DNA from: Yuukianura sp. NJ FZ-2021
Taxonomy: Eukaryota
DNA length: 64,000 nt
NCBI GenBank assembly: GCA_046563655.1
Contig: CM102284.1
Location: forward strand, 6,448,001 to 6,512,000
Reading direction: 5' to 3'
Position 1 is the stretch's first letter. The number at the start of each line of letters is the position of its first letter. The position numbers and the translations under genes are program-made. Below are positions 27,186 through 40,359 of the stretch, piece by piece. A model generated the notes under the pieces. It ran no database searches, was not told where the DNA came from, and was given only the letters and a program-made list of their open reading frames with translations.

Positions 27186-30100
27186 ATGGCAGGCGAATCT
27201 GAATCAGTTGAATCGCTGGATATGATGATGGACGTTGACAGCACCGAGGACATAAAGAAGGATGACTTCCAATCGGTCAATAAGCTCATCGAGTATATTC
27301 CCTACTCTGGGACCATTGGGCATGAAGCAGATTCTTTCCATCGCCGTTTACGAGAGAACCTGTCAAAATCAATTGGTTCTCAGAACTTACAGATGGGTAC
27401 TCATGTCTGTAGTAAATCATTTCAATTGTAAGCTTCACTTTTGCAACGCTACCATCTACAACTCCTATGTTAAAATTTGTTATGTCTGAACAGGTATGTC
27501 CAGCAGTTTGGATATCGGTTCACGAAGGAACAGCATGTCACCTACATCAAACTTTACTACGAGCTTCTTACAATGAAGGAGTGTCCACTCAATCTTGTTA
27601 CAATATTTGCTGCCACATTGAATCAGCTGTTGCGGTAAGGTTTAAAAACAGACATAAGAATTGAAAGATTTATTTTACTCATTTGAAGTTGACCGTAAAC
27701 GTTTTTTGAACGAATAGGAAGCCTCATCTGCTAACTCGTGGCGATATTTTGATTCCTTGGCGTCCATTGTACGAAACTCTTGACAGATGCGTCTACCATC
27801 GGAAATACACGCTCTCAGCAACAGCATCAAAGTATGTACTAAAAAAAGAAGTAACGTAATTTTTAACGTGACATTTGCTTCAATTCAAATTACGATAATC
27901 TATTTCCTTTTTCGTTTTAGGTCATTGGAGTCGAATATTAAGTCTGTGATCATCAACAGCAACAAGTACGTCTGTTTCTTCTCAAATGACAAGGAATATG
28001 AGTAGAATTGTTGCTAATTCACACTAATGTTGTATTTTTTCTTAGGTATTTTGGTGGAGATACTTTATTGGAAGTTCTCCAAGAATTTAAGCCTCTAATG
28101 TGCCCTTCGACGTGCAAAATGGCCCATGCGCTGGACATGCTCAAATTGTTCTTACCTTATTTCAGTTCTTCAGAAACACTTCCAGAATTCAACCAATGTT
28201 TGGAATTTCTGCTTGAAATTTACAATTCCTGGAACAACAGTCCAGCCTGGGAGTGGGTATGGTTACTAAAACTACTGCTGTTATTCGTACTACTGTCGTC
28301 CAATGAATGTTTGAATGCAGTGTTTGAATTTTAATACTTTTTGCTACAGAGCATGATCAGGGTCTTGGCAAATGCGTCGTATTACATGGTTGGAACCTTC
28401 GACTGGGAGCCTTACTTGCCTCTGATCTACGCTAGACTGATGAAAGGACTTTGTCTTCCAGTTTACTTCAAAGGAGTGAAGAACGGAGTTGACGAATCAG
28501 CAAAATCTTTCGATGCTGCTAATGCCGCCCGTTGGATCATCGGTACTTTGGTAAACATAAAATTTAACAATTGAAACAGCTCTTCTTTCCTTTAAAATGA
28601 ATCTAAAATTGCTTAAACTACTGAAATTTTAGGGAAACCGCGTAGGGGCAATTAAAAATCTGAAGAATTTCTTGGAAACGGTGGAAACGTACTACAATCC
28701 ACTCAACATGGGCCGATGGAGTGGTCCACTGGCTCAACTTCTCAATGAACTTGTGTCTATTTTCACGTTGCGTCTGAAGAGGTTTGCTTCATAATCATGA
28801 TTTCTAATTTCCATATTTTGAAACACCAGTTTTGAGTTTTATAGTAACGTTTGATTTTTCAGAGAGCGTTACTCAAAAGAAGGACGGTACTGGTGGCTTC
28901 AAGCACCGTCAGATCGCTACCTGACAGACACTGATATTGACGAATTTGTGAAAATGACGTCTGAACTCGTCTTGGACTTCTACATTGATGTGACAACTGG
29001 TGGATTTATATTGAAGAACCTCGCTTGCATTAGGCCACAATTGATCATCCCAGCCGTTATGGAAAAATATGAGAGCATGGTGGAGACAGTGACAGAGCCA
29101 AAGAAGTATCTAATTTCAATGCGTTGGATGACCATTATTCTCCTGCCGCTGGTCTCTGTTCGTCAAGCAGAAGATGGATTCGATGGGCGTGGATATGTCA
29201 TTCCATTTGCTCTGTCTCTGTTGCCAACAATCACTTGCAACGACATGCATAAGACCCTGTCGTCACTTGGAGTCATTCATGGTCTGTTCAACCTTATTCC
29301 ATTTGTGGACTGTTCAGCACTGGCAGATTCACTGGACAGCGAAAATGAGCGCAACATTTGTCAAGAAACGAGTTGTTTAGAAGATTTTTGCCTACAGTTT
29401 CTGGATAGTATTTTGTCGTTGGTTGAGAGCAACGCTCGTGAAAATACGAGGATGGCGGATCACAGAACCAGTAACGCAGTGATTAATATGGAGGAGTTGG
29501 GGTTGGAAAAGCTACTGTGGGCAGTTTGGTAACTGACATAACTTATTGAAATTATTTAATCGTTTTACTTATCGTACTTACGTAATCGTACTTACCTTTA
29601 CTGTTGATTTTCCTTGCAGTCACCGTCTTGCAGTTCAATCTTCAACAAATATTTTCAAGTCATTGGCAAAGAAGATCGTGGGATTTGCATTTTCAAAAAT
29701 TCTGGAACCAGACGTTAGTGGCCGATTATTCGCTTCAATGGTTCAAGCATTCGCGGCGGTAAGGAATTTACGCTTTTCAAAAATAATTGCAAAAAAAGAA
29801 AATATTGAACCAGTTGTAAAAGGTCTTGCTTTTTAACTGTTTCAGGCGAGACCGGACATTGTTCTGCCCAAACTTATTCCAAAACTCTGCTCATCAATCG
29901 AAAACTGCATTACGGACGACATTTTGGAGGACGAAGAATTAGACAAATACTTACTGTTTCACATACTTATCCTTTCTTACGTAAGTATTTTCCGTTATGA
30001 TTTATGGATTAACGTTAATTAATGCATGGACTCATATATTTCAGGCGGTGGAGACAACTGGAGGAGAATTGATGAAGTTTAGAACCGAGCTAGAAACTGT

Positions 30101-33100
30101 CCTGGTACCGTTACTGAAACTTAACGGAAAGAAGCCATACACTTTCGTGTCAAATCTAATTCAGCGTCTTCTAAATTCGCTCGTCTACTTATATCCACTG
30201 GAAAACCGAGTATCAGAAGCCAATTTTGATGATCCAAATTATCTTGCCATCAATGTAAGTGGCTAAAAACATTACAAAAGGTAATTGAATTGAGCGAATT
30301 CCGATTTTGTATTTATGGTTTTAGGACTGGGGTTTGACAATGGACAAGAGTGAAATTCATGTCAATTGGCACACTCCATCGAGGGAGGAAATTGAATGGG
30401 CCAGAGATATTTTCCTTCGTGTTTTTACCCAGTTCTCTTCAAAGTACGAAGGAATAGAGCACTTGACACAAAAAGATGAGAATATCAACAAGTCAATTTT
30501 GAAAGACATGCATATTTTGATTGCTGCTTTGGATGGCCTTCAACCACTTCTTCCATTTTGGGATAATGAACCAATCGCAGCGTAAGGTTTTGAAATTGCA
30601 GTAATTATTTGTCTTTAGGCTGAGAATTTAATTTGATTTTTCTTTCTGGTGCAGATTTGCTGAGGCTCAACTAGATTTCTCACCTGCAGAATACAATTTT
30701 GGGCTACCTGATGTGGAAATTGTGATTCCTGGAACTGGACAGAATGTGAAACAGAAGTACTTTGAACTCTTCAGTGGCATCAAAACGTATTTGGACAAGT
30801 TCAAGAACGATGATACTGAAGCATATATTCAATTGATTAAAGTAAGCACACTATTCGCTAAGTTTAGATTTGTATATGTAAATGTAATTGATTTCAACCT
30901 TTCAGGGCATGGACAATCTCATTTTCATTAACACCGAGCCGGATAGACGTATGTCAGTTCCTGCTGCCAAGAATTTGAGAACGAACTTACAAAATGTTTT
31001 GAATCCGAAACGCAAGAGTACAAGAGGAACTTTTATCGCTCGCGTTTTTGAGTTTCATTTGAAGCGACTTAGGTAATTTTACTTTTTAGTTTAGTTTATT
31101 GGGAAGCAGTTTTACGGAAGTTTTCAAGTTGTTCTACTTTTCCAGAATCTCAGTTACACGGACTTGGTCAACGAGTCATATGGCAATTATGGAAAAGATG
31201 TTTGAGCTTTGCGTTAATCCGTATGCGAGAGTTCGGATCACGGCTCAGTCTCGTTTCTGTCGAATGGTGGACAGTGTTTCTTCCATTATCACGTCTGTCG
31301 TCTCCCCCATGTTTATCGAGAAGCTCCAAAGTGGCGTACCACACGACGAGTATAAGGTAAGCGTTCGGTGCAACACTTTAGTCTACGAATCGAGCTTAAT
31401 TTTTAGCTTTGCGTTTTCTCGATTTAGGGGACGTTGTACACCATGTTGAGCTGCAAATATTCTCCACTGTTGCATAACACTTGGCCACAACTTTGTGACC
31501 TTTGGCTTGCAGTTCTAAAAAGTCCATTTTCAGAGAAGAATTCAATAATCAAGTGTATGGAGTCAGTCCAGAAGCAACTTAGTCAATCCTTCCTATTTTT
31601 CCCAATGGAAGATCGAGTAAGACAAACTATAAAACTTAATTAATCGATTAATTCATATAATTTTTATAGTAATAGTGCTATGGAACAGAGTTTAGTGTTT
31701 TATGCGCATGTTATTTTCTTGTTTTTAGGTTAGTGCGAAAGCTATTGAATACTCAAAGAGTCTTTCCGTCCTTGAACCGGGAGAATGGACTTCATCCTTG
31801 AAGGGCCTTGATTCTTCAATAAATTACTCAGCTTTTCACAGATTGATATCGGAACTCTTGGCCACATCAGACAATGGACTGAAGTGAGGCTGCGTAAAAT
31901 ATTGAACGAGTGAACGAGATCAGTGATTCTTTACAAGTACTGAATGCTTGAACGTTTAACTTTAACAGTCATTGGAGACAACGTGTCCTCTGTACTCATA
32001 TGCTAAGTGTTTTGATCGTGGAGGAAATCCCAATGCCGCAGAAGATGGTCGAGTACTTCTACGATTCACTGGTTGCCAGTTCAATCGACGTCAGAACAGT
32101 GAGTTTGTAGTTTTAAGCCAAAGAATCGCACAATTACATATTTTAAGTTTAATCATTAAATGTGTTTTATAGGCGGCACTCCACACCATTGCATGGTTCA
32201 GTGCAATGTTCAAACGACAGTTCGACACTTTAGAGGTGGATACTCGGACCGGACTGAAGTTTGCTGAGGTAAAATTTTGAAATCTTTCGAAAAAGTACAA
32301 GCTTAGAACTTTTTGTCTTCTGTTTTTGGCAGGGTGAGTCAGTACATTCGGTGTTTCAGTATAAGTCCAATCCTGCACAGGAAGCCATAAAATGTGGCAA
32401 ATTGGAAGTGGTTTCTACGACTGGAGTTCCTCTTACGAAACTACACTTGCACAAGTTGCATTACGGGTATGTGGCACTTCCAGCTACATTGACAGCTAAA
32501 CTTCCGCCGAAGGATTACACGGACTTCTCTTCACAACCGGACCCGATTCGAGTCGTACTTGAAGTTTCTCATCGTTACTTCAACAATGAAGATTTTGTCA
32601 AGAAACTCATTGATATTTTTTCTGAAGAGGAGAAGGGAGGAAAGAGCAGTGGAAATAAGAGGACGCGATTTTTTATTGTAAGTTTTTGTAAATATATTGT
32701 GTTATCCATACCTCCGAGTTTTCTAGAGCGAGATGGAATATTTTGAAAATTTCAGGCCATAAGTCGCAACAGTGGTCCCAAAGGGCTGAAAGCCATAATG
32801 AAGTGTCTTACGCCATTAGCCAAGGACAAAGATCAATGGAAACAAAGATGTGCTGCTGATATTATTTCTGGACTGTTGTACGGAATGAAGCTATGGGATG
32901 ATCGCGATATTGCTGAATTTTGGGCTGAACTCCGTCCAGTTCTGAACGATTGCCTGGATTCAGTGACACAAGAGACGCTTGGCTATTGGAGTGAGAGCAT
33001 GACAATTCCAACGGTAAGTTTTAAGATAGAAAAAACTTAGTGATTTCGATTTTTGGTGTGTTTTTCCCTCTAATTTCTCAATTTGATATTTTAGTCCAAT

Positions 33101-35072
33101 CGTGATCCCAATATGATGAGGTTTTTCGTCGAGCTGATCAAGGAACGATGGACCTCAAGTCTTCAAACAGTTGAAACAACGAGCGTAAATGCATTCAAGT
33201 AAGGAAAAAACTTCAGAATCGATTTGTTCTTGGCGAAAAAGTGTCTTAAAATGGAATTTCTCGATTTGGCTTTTCAGAAATACGAATTTTTATGACAGCA
33301 CTGTGGCCAATATGCACTGGCGTGGAGCAGAGTTGTATCATGAAACGTTTGAAACTGTTAAGAAATTTTTTATTGATACACCAATTCCATATGTGAACGT
33401 TCGAGATCAATTGGGGAGATTAATCGGAGATATTTTTGAGTGGGCTGGAGATCAACCAGTGCCTTTTGACAATCAAGTTTCGCCACAATTTGAACCGTTC
33501 GTCAATTTAGTGCTGGAGACGATGAGGGATTTGGTGCCGGAAGCAGCTCGGTATATGGCAAACGAAAAAGATTCAGAGGATAACGCCGCTGTGAGAAAAT
33601 TGCTTCTAAGATTTAAATCAGGTAATACTAAAAATACAGGTCGTTATCTTTGTAAATAATTACGTTGTTTCCGACTATCTCGGAGATAGTCTTCTTCTCA
33701 ATGCATGAGGAACCGTCCCAGCCACTAGCCACATTTGTTCATTACACAAACAATTAGTGTTACAATTTCGTTGCAATTATCCATTTTTCCTTCGACCCTA
33801 TTTATTCTGAAACGCGCAAAAAAAAGGTGTGGGAACGGGAAGTGGCCTTAAAAAATTGTACATCGCCAAAGAAACCTGTTTTTTTTTTGGTGCATCAAAA
33901 TGGAAAAGCTGCACAATCTCATTTTTTTTTCGTCGGTCTGGGGAGACCCAGTAGTACTCAAAATATTTTATTTTTTGGAAACGGCGTTACTTTTGTACAA
34001 TTTCAACTTCTTTTTCTTTTATTTCCCAGTTTTGGAGCTAACAATTTCCTTATGTTGGGATTCGGAGACGTCTGTTGACCCTGTTCTTTATCGATTCATT
34101 CCGCTTTGTTGCCATTTTGAGAGCTACGATGCGGATCCAGAGCTCAAATCACTTTCTGGAGCAACACTTTCTGGCTTCTCGAGAATTCTGATATTACCGA
34201 AGTATCTACCTCTGGTGTTGGACCAAATTGAAATCGTGAGTTTACTATTTTTGTAAAAGAGGAATTCTCAAAACACTTGCTATTTTTTAACTTTTTAAAA
34301 TTGATTTCTAGGCCGCTTCCTCGACATCGTGGAAAAGTCGTCTCTGCGTAGTAGAATTTCTGAAAGTTTTTGCTCTAAACAACTCAAATATTTTTGCAAG
34401 TGGCGAACAGTTTTCAAATCGAATAATGAAACTGGTACTGCTACTTTTGTCGGATAGAAAAATTGAAGTGAGGGAGGCTGCATCACTTTTGCTCAGCGGT
34501 TTTCTGCATTCTCTCATTCTTCAGAAACCGATGGAATTGTTGGTGAGTTTAGGTTTTCAAAATTAATAGAAAAATTCTTAACGGCTGACGGACTACGTTA
34601 ACGTTGATTCTAAAAATCTTTTCGATTTGTTCTAGGAATCGTTTCAGCGTCAAGCACGAAGTTTCTCTCGAAAGCTTCAAGCGGCGTCGAAGACAACACC
34701 AAGAACTGCTTTGACTTCCGAGGAAATTGATGCTGGACATTCAGCGATTCTTGGTCTTTGTGCATTTGGTAAGTTAGGCTAGAACTAAAGACTATTGATA
34801 AGGAGTTTAGAAGTTTTAAACTAATTCAACGTTATGTTGCATTTTCAGTTGACACGTACCCGTACGATGTACCGGAATTTTTGCCCAACGTCTTAGTTAC
34901 TCTATCAACTCATCTGCATGATCCTCAACCAATTCCAATGACACTGCGCAAGACGTTATCCAATTTTAGACGAACGCATCATGACAATTGGGCTGTTCAC
35001 AAAACGAAATTTAGTGAGGACCAACTCTGTACTCTCACGGATATTTTTGTGTCTCCGTGTTACTATGCCTAA
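27186..35072 (+). CDS. PSME4: Proteasome activator PA200/Blm10, many exons
   Basis: Long helical/HEAT protein. C-terminal PYDVPEFLP...[27 protein letters not shown]...FSEDQL...VSPCYYA* ends in the YYA (HbYX) motif. Confidence 0.93.
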
Positions 35073-36033
35073 ATTCGTAGTCCTCAATTCTCTACCTTCT
35101 AAATAGAGATTTTAACTTATAATCGAGTATTATTGCATTATAATATTGCGAATAAATCAAGTAAAACTAATAAATACGAATATCGTTTCGAATTTTATAA
35201 GTTTACTGTGTAGGAAAATATTTCAAACTAATAATTACGTAGGATGGCGTTGCAAACAGACGAAAAAAATTTCAAAAGAAACGTACTCTTCTAGAAGATT
35301 TTGAGTTTTTTGCAACATTTTTTGCACAAAATCGCGTGGAACAAGGTTTTGCAATTTAAACGAATCGATCAAACCAGAGAAATCGCCTATTTGCATTTTT
35401 TTTTATGAATTCTGTGATTCGGGGGCATTGAAAAGTGTCCGGATTGAATTTTGACAATTTGGGATAGGGGATTATACGGAGCAAAGAGGCAGATAGCCCC
35501 TCTCTGCTTTTGGGATTTTTGTATGAGAAGGCCGCCAGCGGCAAAAAAGTTGAGAAAAGAGAGGAGCCCTTTTGAGTCGCCTAATCTCCGCATAGCTCCG
35601 GATACTTTTTAGAGGAGCCTCCAACTTCACAATGCAAAATCTCTTTCCAAAATATCAGAAAATTAAAAATCTTTAAAAATTCATATCTCAGGAATGGATT
35701 GCAATAAATTGCTAATTCCTTCACCACTCAATTCAAAATGATCTCAAGAATATTTTACGACCAAAAAACAGAAATCTAAACAATTAATCATTTTTGCCAA
35801 AATCCCTGAGCCGAAGTCCATGTACTTGTGCAAATTTCGTCAAAATTTGGTATGTACGTTTGTTTTTGCAAAATGTTTGCAGCGAATTAATGAAATATTG
35901 TTTTCCAACAATTAACTGAGGCTTGATTCACAGAAATCGCTGTAACGTTGAAAATTCAAAGCGTTGTTAAAATAAAATGAAAGTTTCTCTGATTTAGTTT
36001 ACACGCTAGTTAAAATTTAAAATAATTTGGTCT

Positions 36034-36709
36034 GATATATGCCAACCTCATATCTGCTCGTGCGGTGCTCCGGTGTCAAGTAACGGTCTCCACGGTTTAA
36101 GCTGTAAGCGTAGCGCCGGAAGACACTCTCGTCACAACTCAGTCAACGACATAATCTTCAGAGCATTACAAACCGCTGGATTTCCTTCAATTAAAGAACC
36201 TGTCGGCTGCAGCAGATCCGATGGCAAACGGCCAGATGGTGTTACTCTCATTCCTTGGAGCTCAGGACGCTGCCTCTGCTGGGACTTTACCTGCCGTGAC
36301 ACTTATGCAAATTCCTACCTCTCGACATCGTCTTCCCGCTATGGTCATGCAGCCGAATTAGCAGAGACACACAAACATCATCTCTATCGTGACCTAGAAT
36401 CTCGCTTCGTCGTATCCATCATTGCCGTCGAGACATCAGGTGTATTCGGATCCGAAGGTCTTCGTCTACTAAAACAAATCGGACATCGGCTGTCAGAAGC
36501 ATCTGGAGATAAACGAGCCTCGACCTTCTTCCTACAACGAATAAGCCTAGCTGTTCAACGCGGAAACTCCTGCTCAATCTTGGGAACCTTACCCTCAGGA
36601 AAAGATCTTTACGAGTTATTCATATTATAATCTAACTTAAATCCTACTTCTTTTCTCAACCTGCCTTTGGCAGGTGACTGTGAAAAAATTCGATAAATAA
36701 ATGAAAAAT
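36034..36709 (+). mobile_element. 5'-truncated non-LTR retrotransposon with restriction-like endonuclease (CRE-like), flanked by 11-bp TSD taatttggtct
   Basis: Frame open from 36034 to stop at 36630: DICQPHICSCGA...HGLSC zinc knuckle, RHSRHN, DGKRPDG...WDFTC, VETSG, QRISLAVQRGN. TSD copies at 36023-36033 and 36710-36720; A-rich 3' end. Confidence 0.9.
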
Positions 36710-36918
36710 TAATTTGGTCTACACTTTTCATACAGGATTACGTAAGCTGAAATTCTTAATTTTACATATAGCTTTGAGGAACTGCCTTAGAATTCAATGC
36801 TTTCCCATTTTTTAAAATATGCAAAATTTTGAAAGTGCATTGTTTGGAAATTTTTTGCACGAAATCACGCAAAATATTGTTTTGCAATTTGATCCGGGCG
36901 GGCAGCGGTTTATGCTAA

Positions 36919-37687
36919 AGCCCGTATCACATTGCACTGCTTGCGTTGAGCGTTGGCTTTAAATCCAACGCCCAGAATTGAGGCGCGTTGGTTTTAACGC
37001 AAAGACGGTGGCTATCACATTGGCAGACCCTGGCGTCAGAAATAACGCGGCTTTAAAGTTAACGCTGGAGCTGCACTGACATCTGTGACAAATGTGATTG
37101 ACTTAACAAATTTTGAAAATCTTTTAGCGCCAGACCACAATTAACAATTTTCAATTTCTAATTTTTTTTTATTAAAAATTCAAAAATTCCTAAAGGAATA
37201 TGATCATGTAATCTATAATGATATAAGTACAGATGCAAGATTCCTTCTACCTTATAGTTAAACGTAAACAGATGATCCGGGGCCGGAAACCCCTAAAACA
37301 CTATATATTAATTATCAAAAGTATGTTTGATAATGATATGAGCAGTGACACACTTCACTAAAGCACAATTAAGTGTTAAAACACGATTACATTCGTAAAC
37401 AAATAGAATCAGCTGTGGTTTGTAGCTCCGATTTGATTTTGACGCAAGGAAAAGTTGAACCAAGTTCAACTTCTCATCGCGTCAACTTTTCTTGACGCGA
37501 CGTCAGTTTTAAATCGGAAAGTGGCAGTGTGATAGCTCCCCGATTTTGAGGTCGCGTCAACTTTGAGGCTGAGAAAAAACGCGCGTCAACTCAACGCAGC
37601 CTCAAATCCAGTGTGATAGCCTTTTCCTCGCGTTGGATTCAAATCCAACGCAAAAAGTTGAGGTGCGTCGGCAATGTGATACGGGCT
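36919..37687. mobile_element. PIF/Harbinger-type MITE, 769 bp, perfect 17-bp TIR, TAA TSD
   Basis: taa|agcccgtatcacattgc ... gcaatgtgatacgggct|taa; internal gctatcaca/tgtgatagc and cgttgg..ccaacg subterminal repeats; no long ORF. Confidence 0.9.
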
Positions 37688-38745
37688 TAATGGGGCTACA
37701 GCATTGCAAAGAGTTGCAACTTTCTGCTAAAATGCTGAATTTTTAAAACGCGTACATTTTGAATGTGGTTCCTTTATTGCAAAAATTTTTGCACTAAATC
37801 ATGCCAAAAGATGTTTTGCAACTTCTACCGAGCGATGGAATCACAGAAATCGCTGCAAGTTTGGAATCTTTGGAATTTTCTAAAATGGGAATTACGCTTG
37901 TGTTTTTGAAGAGTCTTTTACACGGGAGGCCTTTGGGAAAGCAGAAAAGTAGATCGGAGATCGTACGAAGCGAAGAGGCGAGATAGGTCTTCTGCTCTTC
38001 TCTGCTTTTTGTATGGGAAGGAGAGTGGTGGGAAAAAAAAGGATAGGGAAGGAGGGAGTGTAGCCTTCTTGCTCCGCATAATCTCCTGTCAACTTTTTCG
38101 GTCTTCTGCCTATCCCCCAATGTTAAACTTCACTTCAAAATCCAAGTGGGTGACAAGGGGTGGTGTGCAGTAACTCCTACTCCAACCACACAAATTCAGA
38201 GGGTGACAAGGGTTGTGCGAGTAACCTCTACATCAACCATCAAAATTATTTAAACGCTAATTTCATCCATTTTCGCGCGTTTTTGCTAAAGTACAGTCTC
38301 ACGTCTGTTTTCTGCGTTTATTATTTAGTAACAATAAGAAAAATTGCTAACGTAAACTTGCAATTTAATCGCTCAATTAATTTAGTACATTCAATTAATT
38401 ACTTTCTTCTTTTCCATATCTCATGCAACCCTTAAAAACGTTAACTCAGCTTGTTATTTAAGCTTTCTCAGCGAACAATCAATCCTTGTCATACCTCTAA
38501 CATTAATATTTTACAATGACAAATTAAGAATGAACAACACTATTATTTTTATTTTACGAATTAGTAGTTTATAGAAAGTAAATAATTCTTAGTTAGTTAA
38601 ATAATTATGGTGTAAGAACTTATGGTGTGGAAGGATAGTGTAAGGCTTATAGAAATCTTGCAGCATTCTAAGAATAAGAAGCTCTGGGAAATGGAAAAGG
38701 ACGGAATGTTCAGAATTTTCTGAGGTGGAAGAACGAAGAAGATGT

Positions 38746-40359
38746 TCAGTGAACTTTCATCTCTGCAGCAATTCGCCCAAACTTTTCACGAAACTCCTGT
38801 TTGGCTGCCGTGTTGACGTAAGCCGGAGCAGAAACGAACATGGATTCTTCCTTTGGCTGCGAGACGCTGTTGCGACGCTCCGGTGGCTCCACCATCATCT
38901 CCAACAAGTTCCGTCCATTCTTACGCACTGGCCTAAACGACATGAAGCAAGCAATGTTTATCCTTTACTATTCGTGCTGTGTATATTCAAGTTGTAGCCG
39001 CTGTACTTACGTTTCACCGAAAAGAGTATAGTTCACAATTGGAGGCGGCATCTGCAAGTCACAAAAATATTAGCAGTAGCAGAACAACTTGTATTTGACA
39101 AGGCACGACAAGTAACAGTGTAAAAACTAAAAAGTTTTTGACTAAGTACTGACCCGACCCGGAGCCAAAAACTTGTTCCAATCAATATGGCTGAACATGG
39201 TCTGCGGTTCTTCCTCTTCATATTGTGGGCTGGCGGTGGCATATCCATTGTATTGGTCGTATGGAGAAAACTGCTCATTGTAGAAGTTGTCGTAGGAGTA
39301 AGGATCCAAGAGAACGGCTTCAGGCTCGACGTACTCACGCGGGACAATGCCGTCTTCATACTCCAAAGGTTCAAACTGAGTCCAAGTTTGACGTGGAGCG
39401 AAGGATCTTTGCTGTGGACGAAATCCCTCATCTTGTACTCGGTCGCGACCGAACATGAAGCGGTGGGCTAACAAGTAACAACAAATTAATCATTACGTTG
39501 GAGAATGTAAAGAATATGGTTGGAATTGGATGAAATGGCACTGCAGGCAGACTGAACTTACCAAGAGCAGAACGATGTCGAGGTGCAACAAAGCGTTGAC
39601 GCATTGGAAGAGAACGCCCACGCGAGTTGTTGCGTTGAAAAGTGACTGCCCTTTCTCCATCAGCCCGTGGGCGTGGCCCGTATCCGCCTGGACCACTTCG
39701 GCTTCGTCTGTTGCGAAGCCTGTCACCGACACCACCACCGCCAGTTGCCATGAGGTCACGAACGGCAGCTTCAACAGCTTCTTTTGTTCCAAACTCTAAT
39801 GAAATAAGAGTAAAATGGTGACTGGTTATCTTGGCAGGATTAAATTTAAAGTTTCCGGTATAAACGTATCAGTATAATGAAACCTTCTGGGAATGCTGGA
39901 GACCGAATGGCGCCAGCAACATCTGCTTCTGCGGGGTGGTAGAACATACACTTTTGATTCTTTTCACACGATCCAGCGATGAAGTCGGCACAGGGCAGCA
40001 TCTTCTTATCCCCTTCATCCAAACTGTAACAACGTTCGTTCAATTCCAGTTTTTCCATGGATTCTACCAAATCCTTGATCGGTTCTTGTTCCGGTTTGGC
40101 CTCAACGGAGATGATTTCAGCATTCGGAATCTCCTTCTCCATTTTGTTTTCCGTGTTCCTAAAGATACAAGACATGTTGATCAGCATTACTACTAACAAT
40201 AAGAAACAAGGCGTCCTACGCATCAGCATCCCCCAGACGGGAGTCCAGACAGTAGTACTGTTGACACCGCCAACTTGGCCGCAGCATTTAATAAGTATTA
40301 ATCACTATAAAGCTAAGTTAAATCAACGAAAGTGACCCTTACCCGATATTGATATCCAT
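38746..40359 (-). CDS. Unassigned CCCH zinc-finger protein with Arg/Gly-rich low-complexity region (exons 40359-40343, 40158-39884, 39795-39562, 39467-39154, 39051-39011, 38932-38746)
   Basis: C-x7-C-x5-C-x3-H motif (CADFIAGSCEKNQKCMFYH). All six exons join in frame at GT-AG sites. Confidence 0.7.

Larger units (their letters stand above)
35200..38250. mobile_element. Degenerate, internally repetitive non-coding element (probable old non-autonomous TE) hosting two younger insertions
   Basis: Four diverged copies of tttttgcac.aaatc...gttttgcaa...cacagaaatcgc (~35320, ~35865, ~36850, ~37785), similar blocks 35370-35620 and 37840-38110, and a 53-bp tandem pair at 38148/38201. Termini not resolved. 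Confidence 0.5.

Noticed and set aside
32331-32360. AG|G|GTGAGT motif in PSME4 suggesting a 1-nt microexon or recursive splice site
   Set aside because: Both candidate acceptors (exon starts 32333 and 32360) keep the frame with ordinary splicing.
38148-38250. 53-bp tandem pair considered as a CRISPR-like repeat
   Set aside because: Eukaryotic context, only two diverged units, no unique spacers and no cas genes.
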